Shown: piece by piece, positions 50,807 through 60,554 of the stretch
Numbering within the stretch: position 1 is the first letter of the stretch
Layout of the letters: each line of letters starts with the position of its first letter
NCBI GenBank assembly: GCA_050943115.1
Contig: JBMNON010000003.1
Span: forward strand, 28,565 to 92,564
Source of the DNA: Patescibacteria group bacterium
GTDB lineage: Bacteria > Patescibacteriota > Microgenomatia > UBA12405
Direction of reading: 5' to 3'
Length of the DNA: 64,000 nt
Notes under the pieces: model-generated
Database searches by the model: none
Seen by the model: only the letters and a program-made list of their open reading frames with translations
Told to the model about the DNA's origin: nothing
Translations under genes and position numbers: made by a program

Positions 50807-50895
50807 ACCCAAGCCCCCGTCTCATGGTTGAGCGCGGTGTCCTAAAGACTGGACTCCGATGATTGGTTCGATTCCAATACGGGACCTCCAATTTA

Positions 50896-50942
50896 AGGAA
50901 GGCAAATCTCCCACAATTGTGGAATAAGAGGTTTGCCTTCCT
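50896..50942 (+). other. 11-bp-stem hairpin with internal palindrome CCACAATTGTGG between the islet and clpB
   Basis: AGGAAGGCAAA ... TTTGCCTTCCT inverted repeat. The 25-nt loop contains perfect palindrome CCACAATTGTGG (50911..50922). Confidence 0.5.
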
Positions 50943-51018
50943 GTACGTCTAAAGTTGCTACTTTACTGATGAGGCTAACTGAGGCCGAAACGTAAAAATT
51001 GGTGTTTTAGCCTTGTTC

Positions 51019-51045
51019 TTAGCAGTCATTGAAATTAAGTGCTAA
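51019..51045 (+). promoter_or_regulatory. CIRCE-like element upstream of clpB
   Basis: TTAGCAGTC-N9-AAGTGCTAA (2 mismatches to the CIRCE consensus, correct 9-nt spacer), 18 nt upstream of ATG 51063. Confidence 0.55.
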
Positions 51046-51062
51046 ATATCTTAGAATATGGA

Positions 51063-53648
51063 ATGCCGATACCACAGTTTACCCAACTGACACTGGAAAC
51101 CATCCAAAGAGCAATTGGTGAAGCCAGAACCAGAAGAAACCCTTTGGTGGAGGAAGTTCACCTTTTAAAGGCAATGTCGGAAAGTGATGGGGTATCCAGG
51201 GAGATATTAAGACAGGAAGTCGATGATTTTCCTGATTTTTTTAGAGATATCAATAGTTGGCTGGGGATGATGCCAACTCTGGAAGTGAGTATCGGCGAAC
51301 CGCAAATGTCTTCAGCAGCCCAAAGGGTGCTGCAATCGGCCATAAACCAAAGCCAAAGACAGGGTGACGCTTACGTATCACAGGAAATGTTGCTTTGGGG
51401 TTTGGTGGAAAGCGGCGGTCATGAGTTAAGAAATTTGCTGAAGAAAAATGGGGTCAATGATACAAAAGTTAAAGAAGAAATTAGTAAAATTAGAGGAGAT
51501 AAAGCAGTGGACACAGAAACAAAAGAAGCAACATATAAAGCACTACAAAAATACACGACTGATTTAACAGCTCTGGCTAAAAACGGTAAACTGGATCCGG
51601 TAATCGGCCGGGAGGAAGAAATCAGAAGGGTGATGCAGGTGTTAACCCGCAGAACCAAGAATAATCCGGTTTTGGTGGGTGATCCGGGGGTGGGAAAGAC
51701 GGCAATAGTGGAGGGATTAGCAAATAGAATCGTAGGTGGAGACGTGCCGGAATCAATAAAAAATAAAAAACTACTATCACTGGAGATCTCTACCCTACTG
51801 GCTGGGGCCAAGTTTAGAGGCGAATTTGAAGAGAGATTAAAGAGCGTTATTGATGAAGTAACCCGAAGCGAAGGGCAAGTGATCTTGTTTATCGATGAAT
51901 TACACACGATAGTCGGGGCCGGAGGAGCTGAAGGAGCCGTAGATGCCAGCAACATGCTTAAGCCAGGGTTAGCCAGAGGTGTGTTAAGAGTAATCGGGGC
52001 AACGACGCTTTCGGAATACCGCAAGTATATAGAAAAAGATTCGGCACTTGAACGAAGGTTCCAGCCGGTAATGGTAAATGAACCTACGGTGGAAGACACA
52101 GTGTCGATACTTCGAGGCCTAAAAGAAAAGTACGAGATACATCATGGAATAAAAATTACCGACGCAGCTTTGGTAGCTTCAGCAAATTTATCAAACAGAT
52201 ACATCCGAGATAGGTTTTTGCCGGATAAAGCTATTGATTTAGTAGATGAGGCGGCTTCGAGCCTAAGAATTGACATGGAGTCGGCACCGTCAGTCATTGA
52301 TAATTTGGAGAGAAAAATCCGACAATTGGAAATTGAAGAAAAAGCCTTATCCAAGGAAAAAACTAAATCTACAAAAGAAAGACTACAAGAGGTAAGAAAA
52401 GAATTATCCAGTGAAAAAGAAAAAGCGGCGGCATTGCAGCTAAAGTGGAAACAGCAAAAGGATATGCTGTCGGAGATACAGGAAAAGAAAGAAGAACTGG
52501 ACAAACTAAGATATGATCTGGAAACTGCAGAAAGAAATTTGGAGCTGGATAAAGCAGCCCAAATTAAATATGGACAAATTCCAGAGACACAAAAAAAACT
52601 AGCTGAGACCGAGAATAGGTGGAAAGAATTGGATGATGAGGAAAAGCTGATTAAGGAAGAAGTTGATGAAGACGATATCGCCAAAGTAGTGTCCAGGTGG
52701 ACAGGGATACCGGCAACAAAGATGCTGCGGGCTGAAAGCGAAAAGCTAAAGAACTTAGAAAATATTATGGAAAAGAGAGTGGTAGGCCAGAGCGAGGCCA
52801 TAAAAGCGGTAGCTTCAGCAGTGAGAAGGTCAAGACTCCACATAAGTGAGGCAGAAAGGCCAGTGGCAACCTTTTTATTCCTAGGACCGACGGGCGTGGG
52901 AAAAACGGAAACAGCCAAAGCTCTTGCCGAGCAACTGTTTAGTGACGAGAAAGCTTTGATTAGAATTGACATGTCGGAATACAGCGAAGCTCATACGGTA
53001 GCCAGATTAATCGGGGCGCCTCCGGGGTATGTGGGCTTTGAGGAAGGCGGGCAATTGACTGAGGCGGTCAGGAGAAAGCCTTATTCGGTGATACTTTTGG
53101 ACGAAATAGAAAAAGCCAATTCGCAGATTTTTAATGTATTTTTACAGGTGTTTGATGAAGGTCGGCTGACCGACGGCAAGGGGCGGACAGTAGATTTTAC
53201 CAACACCGTTATTATTATGACTTCCAATATCGGGGCTGATATTATCCAAGCATTTGAGGGTAAAAAGGAAGAGGCCATGGAAGCGGAAGTGATCAGTTTG
53301 GTGAGGGCCAGTTTTAAACCTGAGTTTCTAAACAGAATCGACCAGATTATTGTATTTAAAAAACTTGGGGAAAAGGAACTGGCAAACATAGTGGAAGTAC
53401 AACTTGGCGAAGTTAGCGACAGACTAAAAGAACAAGGAATAGTCATGACAGTCAGCGATAAAGCCAAAAATTATTTAGCCAGAAAAGGTCATGATCCGGT
53501 ATTTGGGGCCAGACCGTTAAAGCGGTTGATTCAAAGCGAAATTCTGGACAAGATTGCCATGTTGATACTAGACCGGGAAGAAGGCGAGCCAACCGGAATA
53601 GTGGTTGACGAAAAGGCCGGAAAACTGACGGTAACACTAATGAATTAG
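51063..53648 (+). CDS. clpB: ATP-dependent chaperone ClpB
   Basis: Two AAA+ modules ([15 protein letters not shown]; [15 protein letters not shown]), long middle coiled-coil, sensor-2 (GARPLKR). The GTG at 51039 would overlap the CIRCE-like site, so ATG 51063 is preferred. Confidence 0.9.
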   Translation: MPIPQFTQLTLETIQRAIGEARTRRNPLVEEVHLLKAMSESDGVSREILRQEVDDFPDFFRDINSWLGMMPTLEVSIGEPQMSSAAQRVLQSAINQSQRQGDAYVSQEMLLWGLVESGGHELRNLLKKNGVNDTKVKEEISKIRGDKAVDTETKEATYKALQKYTTDLTALAKNGKLDPVIGREEEIRRVMQVLTRRTKNNPVLVGDPGVGKTAIVEGLANRIVGGDVPESIKNKKLLSLEISTLLAGAKFRGEFEERLKSVIDEVTRSEGQVILFIDELHTIVGAGGAEGAVDASNMLKPGLARGVLRVIGATTLSEYRKYIEKDSALERRFQPVMVNEPTVEDTVSILRGLKEKYEIHHGIKITDAALVASANLSNRYIRDRFLPDKAIDLVDEAASSLRIDMESAPSVIDNLERKIRQLEIEEKALSKEKTKSTKERLQEVRKELSSEKEKAAALQLKWKQQKDMLSEIQEKKEELDKLRYDLETAERNLELDKAAQIKYGQIPETQKKLAETENRWKELDDEEKLIKEEVDEDDIAKVVSRWTGIPATKMLRAESEKLKNLENIMEKRVVGQSEAIKAVASAVRRSRLHISEAERPVATFLFLGPTGVGKTETAKALAEQLFSDEKALIRIDMSEYSEAHTVARLIGAPPGYVGFEEGGQLTEAVRRKPYSVILLDEIEKANSQIFNVFLQVFDEGRLTDGKGRTVDFTNTVIIMTSNIGADIIQAFEGKKEEAMEAEVISLVRASFKPEFLNRIDQIIVFKKLGEKELANIVEVQLGEVSDRLKEQGIVMTVSDKAKNYLARKGHDPVFGARPLKRLIQSEILDKIAMLILDREEGEPTGIVVDEKAGKLTVTLMN

Positions 53649-53671
53649 CCACAATTTAGGGAATAAGTGCC

Positions 53672-54529
53672 GTGGTAGACTATGTAGTGTCGAGTCCAAG
53701 TAAGTTATACAACGATTACGGAGAGTACAACATTTGGTTTAACCAATTAAATTTGCCGTCACCATCAATCGAACATTCATGGAGAAGAACAAAGCTGCTG
53801 CTAGAAAAAGAAGCCGCAAGGGAAATTCAAAGGTTAATAAAAAACAAGAAAAAACAAATAAAAGTACTAGACGCCGGCTGCGGAAACGGAGCGGTGCTGA
53901 TAAGGTTGGCATTAAAATTTAAAGACGATAAATATGTGAGCTTCAGAGGAATCGACGTGTCAAAATCCTTTGTTGATTACAGCAATAGAGCGGCAAAACA
54001 CAAAAATGTAGCAGAGTCGACAAGATTTGAGTTGTTTGATATCGAAAAGGAAAAGATTGAGGGAAAATACGATGTAATTTTGAGCTCTGAAGTACTGGAA
54101 CATTTAGAGAACCCAGAAAAATTTTTGAGGAAGATGGCTAAGCCCTTAAACAAGGGAGGGGTGCTACTAATATCAACACCAAATAGCAATAATTGGTTAA
54201 AGTACCCGTTTATTTGGGCAAAAAGTTTGGTGGCAAGAATTAATAATAAAGAGTGGCAAGACCAGCTAATTAGTAAGGAAGAAAAATACAAGCTTTCAGA
54301 ACAAGAACAACATATTAATGTGCTAAATTTAAAGGAACTTAGAAATATTTCAAAAGCTGCAGGTTTAAATGTCTACTCTAATCCCAGAAGTACAACTTTT
54401 TTTGGAGGAAAGTTTCTGGATGATAATTTATTGTTGCTGGGGTTATCGATAGCTTTGGATTCGATTTTGAACTTATTGCCATTAAGCCAAGTAGGTTGGG
54501 ACCTGGTGGTATTTTGCAGAAAGGATTGA
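53672..54529 (+). CDS. class I SAM-dependent methyltransferase
   Basis: [11 protein letters not shown] (motif I), [12 protein letters not shown] (motif II/III), Methyltransf_11/23-like. Confidence 0.7.
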   Translation: MVDYVVSSPSKLYNDYGEYNIWFNQLNLPSPSIEHSWRRTKLLLEKEAAREIQRLIKNKKKQIKVLDAGCGNGAVLIRLALKFKDDKYVSFRGIDVSKSFVDYSNRAAKHKNVAESTRFELFDIEKEKIEGKYDVILSSEVLEHLENPEKFLRKMAKPLNKGGVLLISTPNSNNWLKYPFIWAKSLVARINNKEWQDQLISKEEKYKLSEQEQHINVLNLKELRNISKAAGLNVYSNPRSTTFFGGKFLDDNLLLLGLSIALDSILNLLPLSQVGWDLVVFCRKD

Positions 54530-54582
54530 CTATAATATACGATTGGCATCGGAGTAATAAGGTCGAGGTAAAATAACATAAT

Positions 54583-54656
54583 GTGCCCGTAGCTCAATTG
54601 GATAGAGCATTCCCCTCCGAAGGGAAAGGTTGGAGGTTCAACCCCTCTCGGGCACA
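54583..54656 (+). tRNA. tRNA-Arg (CCG)
   Basis: Acceptor GTGCCCG/CGGGCAC, D-arm TAGCTCAATTGGATAGAGC, anticodon loop CTCCGAA, T-loop GGTTCAACC, discriminator A. Confidence 0.8.
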
Positions 54657-54667
54657 CAAAATTTTTT

Positions 54668-55132
54668 ATGGATAAAGAAAGAGTGTTAAGCTGCACTATT
54701 ATTGGAAGTTTTAGATTTAAAAGAGAAATTGATTTGACCAGAGAGGAATTAGAAGATAATGGGGTAAAAGTGCTGGCACCAGAAAGAGGTCGGGTGATCA
54801 TTCCCAGAAAAACTTTATTTAAGCCTAAAGAACAAATTTTTCGACCATTAAGTCAGGAGAGGGGCATGTCAATAAAGACGGTGGAGGATAAATTTTTGAG
54901 AGATATTGCCAGGTCAGATTTTGTCTATGTAGTTGCCGTTGACGGTTACACCGGAACAAGCGCAAGTATGGAAATAGGGTTTGTTTTGGGTGTAGGTAAA
55001 AGAATTTTTTCGAGTGAAAGAATTTATTTACCTTCTGACACAACAGTTGACAGAAGACGGCTGATTGAAGAGAACGTAAAGATCGGGTCGGTAATTGAAG
55101 CGTTAGGTGAAATGAGAGATGTATTAGAGTAA
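54668..55132 (+). CDS. nucleoside 2-deoxyribosyltransferase-like protein (PF05014-like, putative)
   Basis: [10 protein letters not shown]-terminal strand and [17 protein letters not shown] resemble the NDT/DNPH1 active-site region (D.GT..E.G). Confidence 0.4.
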   Translation: MDKERVLSCTIIGSFRFKREIDLTREELEDNGVKVLAPERGRVIIPRKTLFKPKEQIFRPLSQERGMSIKTVEDKFLRDIARSDFVYVVAVDGYTGTSASMEIGFVLGVGKRIFSSERIYLPSDTTVDRRRLIEENVKIGSVIEALGEMRDVLE

Positions 55133-55165
55133 TTGGCTTTAATAAAGCCAATTTTGTAGTAGAAA

Positions 55166-55930
55166 TTGCTAAAATATGTAATGAAAAATTCGGGAAAGTT
55201 AAAGGTAAGTTGTGTTATTCCAGCATACAATGAAGAAAAAACGATTGCGGGAGTTATAAGAGTTTGTTTACAAAGTGAAGATATTGATGAAATAGTAGTA
55301 GTAAATGACGGGTCCAGGGACGGAACGGCGAAAAAAGTAAAACAGTTCGTTGATGAAATAAAATTTATTGATTTAAGTGAAAATAAGGGCAAGGGAAATG
55401 CGGTGGCACAAGGAATTGAAGCCGCAAGTGGTGATGTTATTTTAATGTTGGATTCGGATTTAGTTAATATTAAAGAACACCATATTTATTCATTAATAAA
55501 GCCTATAAAAGACAAGATGGCGGACATGACGATAGGAAACTTGATGTGTTATGAAGACAGGATAAGTAATTTATGGCATTTTTCCGGGCAGAGATGTTTT
55601 TTAAAAAAAGAGGTCAAAAGGTATTTGAAAAAAATGAGGGAGACAAAGTATGGGCTGGAAGTATTTCTCAATGAAGCTTACAGAAAAAAAAGAGTTGTGG
55701 TCGTTCCCCTGCTGTTTCCAAATGATAAATACCATTTTATAAAAACAGAAAAACAACAAGATTGGATGGTGGGATACGTAAAAGAAATTTGGGATATCTT
55801 CCGCCAGACGGTGACGATCAGGACGGACTCCTATCGGGAGAAAATTGTAAGTGATTTTATTAAAGACATGTCTTCCTACCTCAAAATTCAGGAGAAAAAA
55901 ATTAAGAATTATATAAATGAGCTAAGATAG
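55166..55930 (+). CDS. family 2 glycosyltransferase (DPM1/GtrB-like)
   Basis: VSCVIPAYNEE...VVVNDGSRDGT...LMLDSDL (DxD). Confidence 0.8.
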   Translation: MLKYVMKNSGKLKVSCVIPAYNEEKTIAGVIRVCLQSEDIDEIVVVNDGSRDGTAKKVKQFVDEIKFIDLSENKGKGNAVAQGIEAASGDVILMLDSDLVNIKEHHIYSLIKPIKDKMADMTIGNLMCYEDRISNLWHFSGQRCFLKKEVKRYLKKMRETKYGLEVFLNEAYRKKRVVVVPLLFPNDKYHFIKTEKQQDWMVGYVKEIWDIFRQTVTIRTDSYREKIVSDFIKDMSSYLKIQEKKIKNYINELR

Positions 55931-56454
55931 TGATAAAATCGCGAATGCGCAGAGGAACAAAAATACAAGACAATTTGTACTACGACGAGAGATCGGCGGG
56001 AGGGATAGTTTACCGGGTGGATGAAGGCAAAAGGCAATGGCTAGTGATCAAAACGATATCGGGAAAAAGCAGCAAAAGAGACAAGCCGGTTTATAAGTTT
56101 CCAAAGGGACATCTGCAAAAAGGCGAGTTCCTGAAACAGGCAGCGTTAAGGGAGGTGGAAGAAGAAGGACAAGTAAAGGCACAGATTTTGTCAAAAATCG
56201 GTTCAAATAACTACATTATCTGGGACAAGCTGCGGAAAAGAAAAATTATTAAAAAAGTGACTTTTTTCCTGATGGAATACTTGGGCCAAAGTAACTTAAA
56301 ATATTTTGACAAAGAAATTGTGCTGGAGAGATCGTGGATGAGTTTTGAGGAGGCAAGCAGCAACTTGGAGTATGACTCGGAAAAAATACTTTTGAGAAAG
56401 GCAAAACAGCGACTAGATGGGATATTAAAGCGGGAAAAGAATACGAGAGGATAA
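55930..56454 (+). CDS. NUDIX hydrolase
   Basis: Nudix box KGHLQKGEFLKQAALREVEEEGQV. Start overlaps the GT2 stop. Confidence 0.75.
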   Translation: MIKSRMRRGTKIQDNLYYDERSAGGIVYRVDEGKRQWLVIKTISGKSSKRDKPVYKFPKGHLQKGEFLKQAALREVEEEGQVKAQILSKIGSNNYIIWDKLRKRKIIKKVTFFLMEYLGQSNLKYFDKEIVLERSWMSFEEASSNLEYDSEKILLRKAKQRLDGILKREKNTRG

Positions 56455-56497
56455 GGCTAAAACAAGCATTTTGATGCTATACTATAAAGACCTTCAG

Positions 56498-56586
56498 GGA
56501 GGAGTCGCCTAGTGGTTCATGGCGCACGCCTGGAAAGCGTGTGTTCGGTAACGGACTCGTGGGTTCGAATCCCACCTCCTCCGCCA
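56498..56586 (+). tRNA. tRNA-Ser (GGA), CCA encoded
   Basis: Acceptor GGAGGAG/CTCCTCC, anticodon loop CTGGAAA, long variable arm, T-loop GGGTTCGAATCCCAC, discriminator G, CCA. Confidence 0.85.
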
Positions 56587-57062
56587 ATTTGCAATAATAC
56601 TGTATCTTTCCATGTAATATTGGGGGTGCTACTCCCCTAACCAATTTATTATTTGTTCCTGTTTAGCTTCGATTTGGTTCCAGACCCATGTCCTTAGGGG
56701 GATGCAACTGTTATTTAATGTATTATTAAGATATGCAGGGGTAAAACCCCTGCCAGTTGTTACTTTCCGTGCTTTGATCTGTCGACCAAGACGAATTGTT
56801 GTCGCGTACTGTGTCGGTTTGGTGGAGTAATATCACCTTTTGCAAGGGTATACTCCACTCTACTTCCAACTGCACGGAATTGACCGGAGTCGGGAGCTGG
56901 GTGTCCAGTACGAGCAATGATTTTTTTCATTGTCTTTTCTCCTATTAAACAAATAACCGTGACCTCGGACTTGCGTCTTAAAGCGGCATTGTTTTAATAA
57001 GAGAATGGCTTCGGTTTTACCCCTTGGCTGATTTTATACCAATTAATTCATAAATAGGTATT

Positions 57063-58565
57063 TTAGTTCGTGTTTTCTTCGGACATAAATATCTGTTTGT
57101 CCTTTAGAATGAATCTAGTCTTAAATAGCGTCAATATTTCCTGCTTTTCTTCCGAGAATCCGGTTTTGAGAACATGAATTATATAGTCTCGAATTCGGTC
57201 TTCAGGTGATTTTTCCTTAATTATTGGGTAATCGAAGGCTTCAAGTTGTTGCTCAAAGATTTCCTGATGAAGAACGTCGGAGCGGAGCCGGTGATAACGC
57301 TCGACTTCTTGCTTCATTTTTTCATCAATGGCTTTTTGGTCAAATTCAATATCGTTTATTCTTGCCAATAGTTGTCTGACTAAATCATCTTCGGTAATGT
57401 AGGGTTGGTCACAGTCATAATCAACGGATCGGGTACAGTGGTAATAAACATGTCGTTTGAATTTTCCGTTAATTAGTTTCTTGAACTTTTCTTCGGCGGT
57501 AATACTGGCACCGCATTGACCACATTTAAGTAGCATTTTAAAGGGGAAGTCCTTTTTGCTCCAATCTCTGGGTGGTACTGCTAGCATCTTTTGGGCTTGA
57601 TCAAATAATTCTTTACTTATTAATGGCGGATGTTTACCCTTGTACCAGTGACCGCTATCTTCTGGGAATTCAAATTCACCATAGTAAAAATGTTTTCGTA
57701 GTACCCGATAGACTTCACTAATTGACATTCGCTTCCCTGCTCTAGTTCTGAATCCGGTTTTATCAAGCCAATATTTAATAGTCCGACCACTATGACCTTG
57801 ATTAACCACTCTTTCAAATATTTCTTTGATAATGGGTGCTCTTTGAGGATCAATATCAACATAGGCGATGCGGTTTTCGGTAAGACGGTTGATATAGCCC
57901 ACCGGAGCGGCACCAGGTCGCCAACCAGCTTCACACTTGGCTCTCAAGCCTCTTTTGACGTTGATACCCCGGTTGTCGTTTTCCAACTTAGCCTGAGAGC
58001 AGAGAATCATGAGGAGGAACTTTTCATTGGGATTGTCGGAAAATGATTGAGAGTATGTTTTGATGGTCTGGAGCTTGCCTTGATCCATAAGGTCTACTAA
58101 AGTCCCCAAATCGCCAGCATTACGGCTGAGGAGACGGTCAGGAGCCCATGTTAGTATGCCGTCAAATTGACCGCTACGAATATCCAGTAATAATTGGTTA
58201 AATACTGGTCTTTGAGCTGAAAGTTTAGCTGAGTGGCTTTCCTGTCTGATTTCTTTAATAAGCAGATTCTCCCTTTCTGCCAGTTCTTTCATCTCATTGA
58301 TCTGGGATTCGATTGACATGGCTTGACGCTCGTCGGATTCAGATGATTTTCGAGCATAAAGGCAATACCTTATTTGATTATTTTCCTCTATCTTTTCATG
58401 TTTTTTCTCTGTCACACCAGAAGGGTATCGCAATTTTTTTGAAAGTCCAGGAGGGCTTGAGAGTATAATATTGATGATGAAGGTTAATAAGAAGGCCTCG
58501 ATGATGTTAACAATTGGTCTGGCTTTATTGGTTGTGGTAATCGCAGGTATTTTAATTAATGGCAA
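57063..58565 (-). CDS. large serine recombinase (phage-type serine integrase)
   Basis: RYCLYARKSSESDERQAMSIESQ (catalytic Ser region of resolvase/invertase N-terminal domain), recombinase domain, zinc ribbon CGQCGASITAEEK...HCTRS, about 450-500 aa. Start uncertain; a GTG at 58415 would remove a hydrophobic extension that overlaps the divergent ORF. Confidence 0.8.
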   Translation of the reverse strand: MPLIKIPAITTTNKARPIVNIIEAFLLTFIINIILSSPPGLSKKLRYPSGVTEKKHEKIEENNQIRYCLYARKSSESDERQAMSIESQINEMKELAERENLLIKEIRQESHSAKLSAQRPVFNQLLLDIRSGQFDGILTWAPDRLLSRNAGDLGTLVDLMDQGKLQTIKTYSQSFSDNPNEKFLLMILCSQAKLENDNRGINVKRGLRAKCEAGWRPGAAPVGYINRLTENRIAYVDIDPQRAPIIKEIFERVVNQGHSGRTIKYWLDKTGFRTRAGKRMSISEVYRVLRKHFYYGEFEFPEDSGHWYKGKHPPLISKELFDQAQKMLAVPPRDWSKKDFPFKMLLKCGQCGASITAEEKFKKLINGKFKRHVYYHCTRSVDYDCDQPYITEDDLVRQLLARINDIEFDQKAIDEKMKQEVERYHRLRSDVLHQEIFEQQLEAFDYPIIKEKSPEDRIRDYIIHVLKTGFSEEKQEILTLFKTRFILKDKQIFMSEENTN

Positions 58566-58992
58566 GATTAATAAGGTTTCAGATCAAGAGATTGCCGCTC
58601 CCGGAAAGGACTGGCCATCACAGAGAAAGGTTGAGGATTACTTTATTGAGAGTTTAAGATTTACCCAGGAAGACTTGGAGAGACAAAAACAAAGAGAGGC
58701 GGTAAGTTTTCGGCCAGGAAATGGTTCAACGATAGAGGCGATTGTTAGCAATCTTCATTATTATGGATTTGTCAGAAGTGAAAAAGTACTTATGTATACT
58801 TTGGAACGGACAGAGGATAAAACTCCCGGAAATCCCGGTTTTTTAAGTGTCGGGAAAAACGGATCAGTTGATATTAATGCTAGTTATCGGATTTCAGAGA
58901 ATATGACAGCTTGGGAACTGGCTGACACGCTTTTAAATAAGTCGCAATATTTTGGCGACAATGATCCGTATCACTATATGTTCATGCCCTAG
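58471..58992 (+). CDS. hypothetical secreted protein, weak resemblance to YceG/MltG N-terminal domain
   Basis: N-terminal TM/signal (MLTIGLALLVVVIAGIL). FRPGNGSTIEAIVSNLHYYGFV resembles the YceG-like domain (tIpeG.t..qI...L...G.i). Confidence 0.3.
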   Translation: MMMKVNKKASMMLTIGLALLVVVIAGILINGKINKVSDQEIAAPGKDWPSQRKVEDYFIESLRFTQEDLERQKQREAVSFRPGNGSTIEAIVSNLHYYGFVRSEKVLMYTLERTEDKTPGNPGFLSVGKNGSVDINASYRISENMTAWELADTLLNKSQYFGDNDPYHYMFMP

Positions 58993-60554
58993 CCGAGTAT
59001 CCTATTCCAACCACCGTTAGATCGACGGATTTTTTTAAAAATTTGTTCGTCTTCGACATCAGCCCAATCTTTCCCTACCATATTGTCATAGACGGAAGGA
59101 CTTGTTATGTGCATGGTTATTGGACCTTGATTTGATATTTGGCTGTTGGGGGTAGCGAAGGCTTCGATAACCATCACGGTAAAAGCATCGACTAGATCAT
59201 CATACCTTTCGACACCAAAATTAACTAGCTGACCAACTAGGTCGGCAGAAATTGATCTGGGGAAGAATATGTTTCCATTTTTTACATAACTGCTGGCAAT
59301 ATTTAGTCTGGCTCTTTTATCGCTACCGTGAGGTTTAATTCCAATTGCCGGATAACCTGCTTTTTGAAGGTCTTGAATTAGAGATGCCTGATACGCCACC
59401 TGTTCGACGAGGATTTTTGTTTTATAGCTGGGATTAACAGTGTCAGATAAATGCTTTATCAGATCCCTAGTTTCGGGGTAACCAATTTTTTGGTTATAAA
59501 TGTCGGTTATGTAAAGGCAGTGAAAGTCTTTGGATTTGTATATGGCGCCAACAATTATGGCGGTATTGTCGGCGGTGTGTTTTTGAGAAATGGCCGGATC
59601 AATGGAGATGATATTGCCAGCGAAGCAGGCGGCAATATTTGAGGGAAGGGTGTCGTAATACCTTATCCAGTCATTTTTGATAATCCTGTCCTCGGGTGGC
59701 AGGATTTGTAACAAGTACTCCCGAGACCAAGCAATATCATTGCCAGTCTTTTTTCTTTCTTCGTCAATTTCCTGTTGACTGGGGTATTTTCCCGGCCAGG
59801 CGATTTGATTGTCCGGAGATATTAGCGGGTATTCAAAAAACTTACCACTCAAACTATGATTCATAATTCCGTTTTTAATTTTCATCATCAGGGAATCTTC
59901 GTGAAGTAAGTTGCCAATGACAATTAATTTAGTCTGTCTATCACCTAGGGGCATGACTTCTCCGGTAAACCAGTCAAAGGTTTGGTTTCTTATTTCCTTA
60001 TTTTTAACCGAGGCTAAATCTTCCAGATCGTCACACGCGATCAGGTCGGGTCGGTTGGATAGGTGACGGATACCGCGAATACTATCGCCGGTGGAGTAAA
60101 CACTTATCCTGATACCTGATTTTCCTAAAACGATGGAGAAGGAATTCCATTCATTGTTGGCCGGGTCGGCACTTAAATGGCCAAAATCTTTGATGAATAA
60201 TTGGTTGGTTTCCAGCTCCCGGCGAATATTTGACAATATAAGCTTGGCTTGTGCTTGGGTTTGGCTAATGATAACGATGAATTTCTTTTTGTGTTTGCCA
60301 ATAATTGACCAGAGAGGCAGGGCGAAGGTGACTAGAGTTGACTTGGCTGATCCCCGGAAGGCGACGATAAAAGCGTTTTTAAGGCTCTGGTCTTCGGCAA
60401 TACCGATAATGTCCTTTTGGAAGTCAGCTGTCTTAAATTTAACGTAGTCATAAAGGTAAATGTGAAAGAACCAATAAAAACTACTTATTGCTAGCTCTTT
60501 TCTAAGCTTTTGGTTATTAATTATCTGATTGATGTCCACTTTTTGATTGATCAT
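58989..60554 (-). CDS. phage terminase large subunit
   Basis: Walker A-like AFRGSAKST, Walker B IACDDLED, C-terminal RNaseH-like nuclease with acidic residues (ISIDPAIS, YDDLVDAF). About 520 aa. Confidence 0.8.
   Translation of the reverse strand: MINQKVDINQIINNQKLRKELAISSFYWFFHIYLYDYVKFKTADFQKDIIGIAEDQSLKNAFIVAFRGSAKSTLVTFALPLWSIIGKHKKKFIVIISQTQAQAKLILSNIRRELETNQLFIKDFGHLSADPANNEWNSFSIVLGKSGIRISVYSTGDSIRGIRHLSNRPDLIACDDLEDLASVKNKEIRNQTFDWFTGEVMPLGDRQTKLIVIGNLLHEDSLMMKIKNGIMNHSLSGKFFEYPLISPDNQIAWPGKYPSQQEIDEERKKTGNDIAWSREYLLQILPPEDRIIKNDWIRYYDTLPSNIAACFAGNIISIDPAISQKHTADNTAIIVGAIYKSKDFHCLYITDIYNQKIGYPETRDLIKHLSDTVNPSYKTKILVEQVAYQASLIQDLQKAGYPAIGIKPHGSDKRARLNIASSYVKNGNIFFPRSISADLVGQLVNFGVERYDDLVDAFTVMVIEAFATPNSQISNQGPITMHITSPSVYDNMVGKDWADVEDEQIFKKIRRSNGGWNRILG

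Noticed and set aside
50807-50892. Possibility that the T-arm-containing stretch is a tmRNA or a complete tRNA
   Set aside because: No GGGG...tRNA-like 5' half, no resume-codon or tag-peptide ORF, and no complementary 5' acceptor strand could be found by eye. It is reported as a 3' tRNA-like fragment instead.
51419-52972. Long minus-strand ORFs 51419..52099 and 52142..52972 (Ser/Leu-rich translations)
   Set aside because: Antisense to the well-supported clpB coding region. Low-complexity S/L/F-rich products are typical of antisense frames of K/E-rich genes.
56726-56917. Small ORF 56726..56917 (-), 63 aa, in the tRNA-Ser/integrase spacer
   Set aside because: Low-complexity translation with no start context. 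The region is better explained as structured noncoding DNA/RNA.
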